64,000 nucleotides of DNA, taken from NCBI GenBank assembly GCA_030390025.1, contig CM059432.1:124126001-124190000 (forward strand), read 5' to 3'. The notes under the pieces were generated by a model that saw only the letters and a program-made list of their open reading frames with translations, ran no database searches and was not told the DNA's origin. Each line of letters begins with the position of its first letter. The first letter of the stretch is position 1. This document shows positions 62,481 through 64,000 of this stretch, piece after piece. The DNA is from Squalus acanthias. Its lineage: Eukaryota. The position numbers and the translations under genes were made by a program.

Positions 62481-63186
62481 AGATTTGGGTGTCCTCGTGC
62501 AAGAAACACAGAAAGCTAGCATGCAGGTACAGCAAGCAATAAGGAAGGCAAATGGCATGTTGGCCTTTATTGTAAGGGGGTTGGAGTATAACAGTAAGGA
62601 AGTCTTACTACAATTGTACAGGGCCTTGGTGAGACCACACCTGGAGTACTGTGAACAGTTTTGGTCTCCTTATCTAAGGAAGGATATACTTGCCTTGGAG
62701 GTGGTGCAATGAAGGTTCTCTAGATTGATTCCTGGGATGAGAGTGCTGTCCTATGATGAGAGATTGTGTAGAATGGGCCTATACTCTCTGGAGTTTAGAA
62801 GAATGAGAGGTGATCTCATTGAAACATAACAAGATTCTGAAGGGGATTGACAGGGTAGATGCTGAGAGGTTGTCTCCCCTGGCTGGTGTGTCTAGAACTA
62901 GCGGGCATAGTCTCAGGATAAGGGGTTGGCCATTTAAGACTGAGATGAGGAGGAATTTCTTCACTCAGAGGGTTGTGAATCTTCCAGAGGGATGTGGATG
63001 CTGAGTCTTTGAATATATTCAAGACTGAGATAGATAGATTTTTGGACTCTAGGGGAATCAAGGAATACGGAGATCGGGTGGGAAAGTGGAGTTGAGGTGG
63101 ATGATCATCCATGATCTTATTGAATGGTGGAGCAGGCTCAAGGGGCCGTATGGCCTACTCCTGCTCTTATTTCTTATGTTCTTATG
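62481..63186 (+). mobile_element. CR1 3' fragment
   Basis: DLGVLVQETQKASMQVQQAIRKANGMLAFI...; TTCTTATG tail. Confidence 0.93.
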
Positions 63187-63224
63187 AAAGCAATGGCTCA
63201 GTAAGGAGACATAGAAGGAACTGT

Positions 63225-64000
63225 GGGGGAAAAATTCAGTTGGTTGCGCCACCCATTAGCGCCTTAAGAGGGCGCTAATGGGGCGCAAATCATCTAGCGC
63301 CCAGGCGCGGCGATGTTTGCGCCGCTCGCAAAATTAACTAGACATTTTGCGGCGGCGCTAAACACTACCGCCACGATCTCTTGCGCCGGCAGATCGTGAC
63401 GTCAGTCGAGTGCGCAACGCCCCGGTAGCGCCCCGGAGCGGATATTGAATGGCGCCCCCTGCCTTACCGCCTGACGCTAGCAACGACAGGTTGAGGGGAG
63501 CGTTTTGCAGTCATGAAGGGACTGGGGGAGCGCTATTTAAAGGCGACCGCTTCCTGCCTTTTATTGTTGGTGCCATTTTTGAACCACGCATTCTGAGAGA
63601 GAGGGAGAGAGACTTCTGGAGAGATTCAACGCTGTGTGAAGGAGTTTTGGGTACTGAGCAGCACTTTGCAGGTTCATTTTGATTTGCCCTTCCTTGTATC
63701 GATTTAGAAGAGACTGTGGGGGCTGCACTCCAAGCTCTTTCCCTGGTACTCTCCATTGTTCTTTCCAGCAGATTTGATGTGCAGGTCGGGATTCAAGGCT
63801 GCAATGAGTAGGATGTGGATGGAAAGCAAGATCAACCATCCACTTTAAGAACTGGCCGGTGCCATTGTGTGTGTGTTCCATTGCTGACTGACATCACATG
63901 AGCTTCGCCAGCGCTCTGAGGTAGCGCCTCGCTCCTCGGCCTTTGCGCCTTAAGACAGGTGTGAAGCGCCTGATTTAGCGCTCCAATCACCTCCAGGGGC
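63225..64000. mobile_element. Harbinger-type non-autonomous element running to the window edge
   Basis: TIR gggggaaaaattc; ttagcgcc...ggcgctaa palindrome; CpG-rich. Confidence 0.7.

Overview
Eukaryotic, repeat-dense, gene-poor genomic DNA. The repeat families (CR1 LINEs with TTCTTATG/ATTCTATG tails, L2 fragments, Deu-domain SINEs, Penelope pLTRs, many Harbinger elements) point to a vertebrate, most likely a cartilaginous fish (inference). No host protein-coding gene is recognisable. The window holds five gene-bearing PIF/Harbinger DNA transposons (DDE transposase plus a convergent, 3-exon Myb/SANT gene; all damaged) and many related MITEs. It also holds a near full-length CR1 with a 54-bp tandem array at its 5' end, nested inside a SINE and itself split by a Harbinger and a MITE, plus Penelope fragments with hammerhead-ribozyme cores. 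The most unusual object is a ~3-kb single-ORF (APE+RT) LINE at 6634-9659. It starts with a tRNA-like Pol III promoter, has no ORF1, and its sense strand is strikingly poor in T-runs, suggesting a protein-coding retrotransposon built for Pol III transcription. All coordinates were read by eye; boundaries of old elements are approximate.
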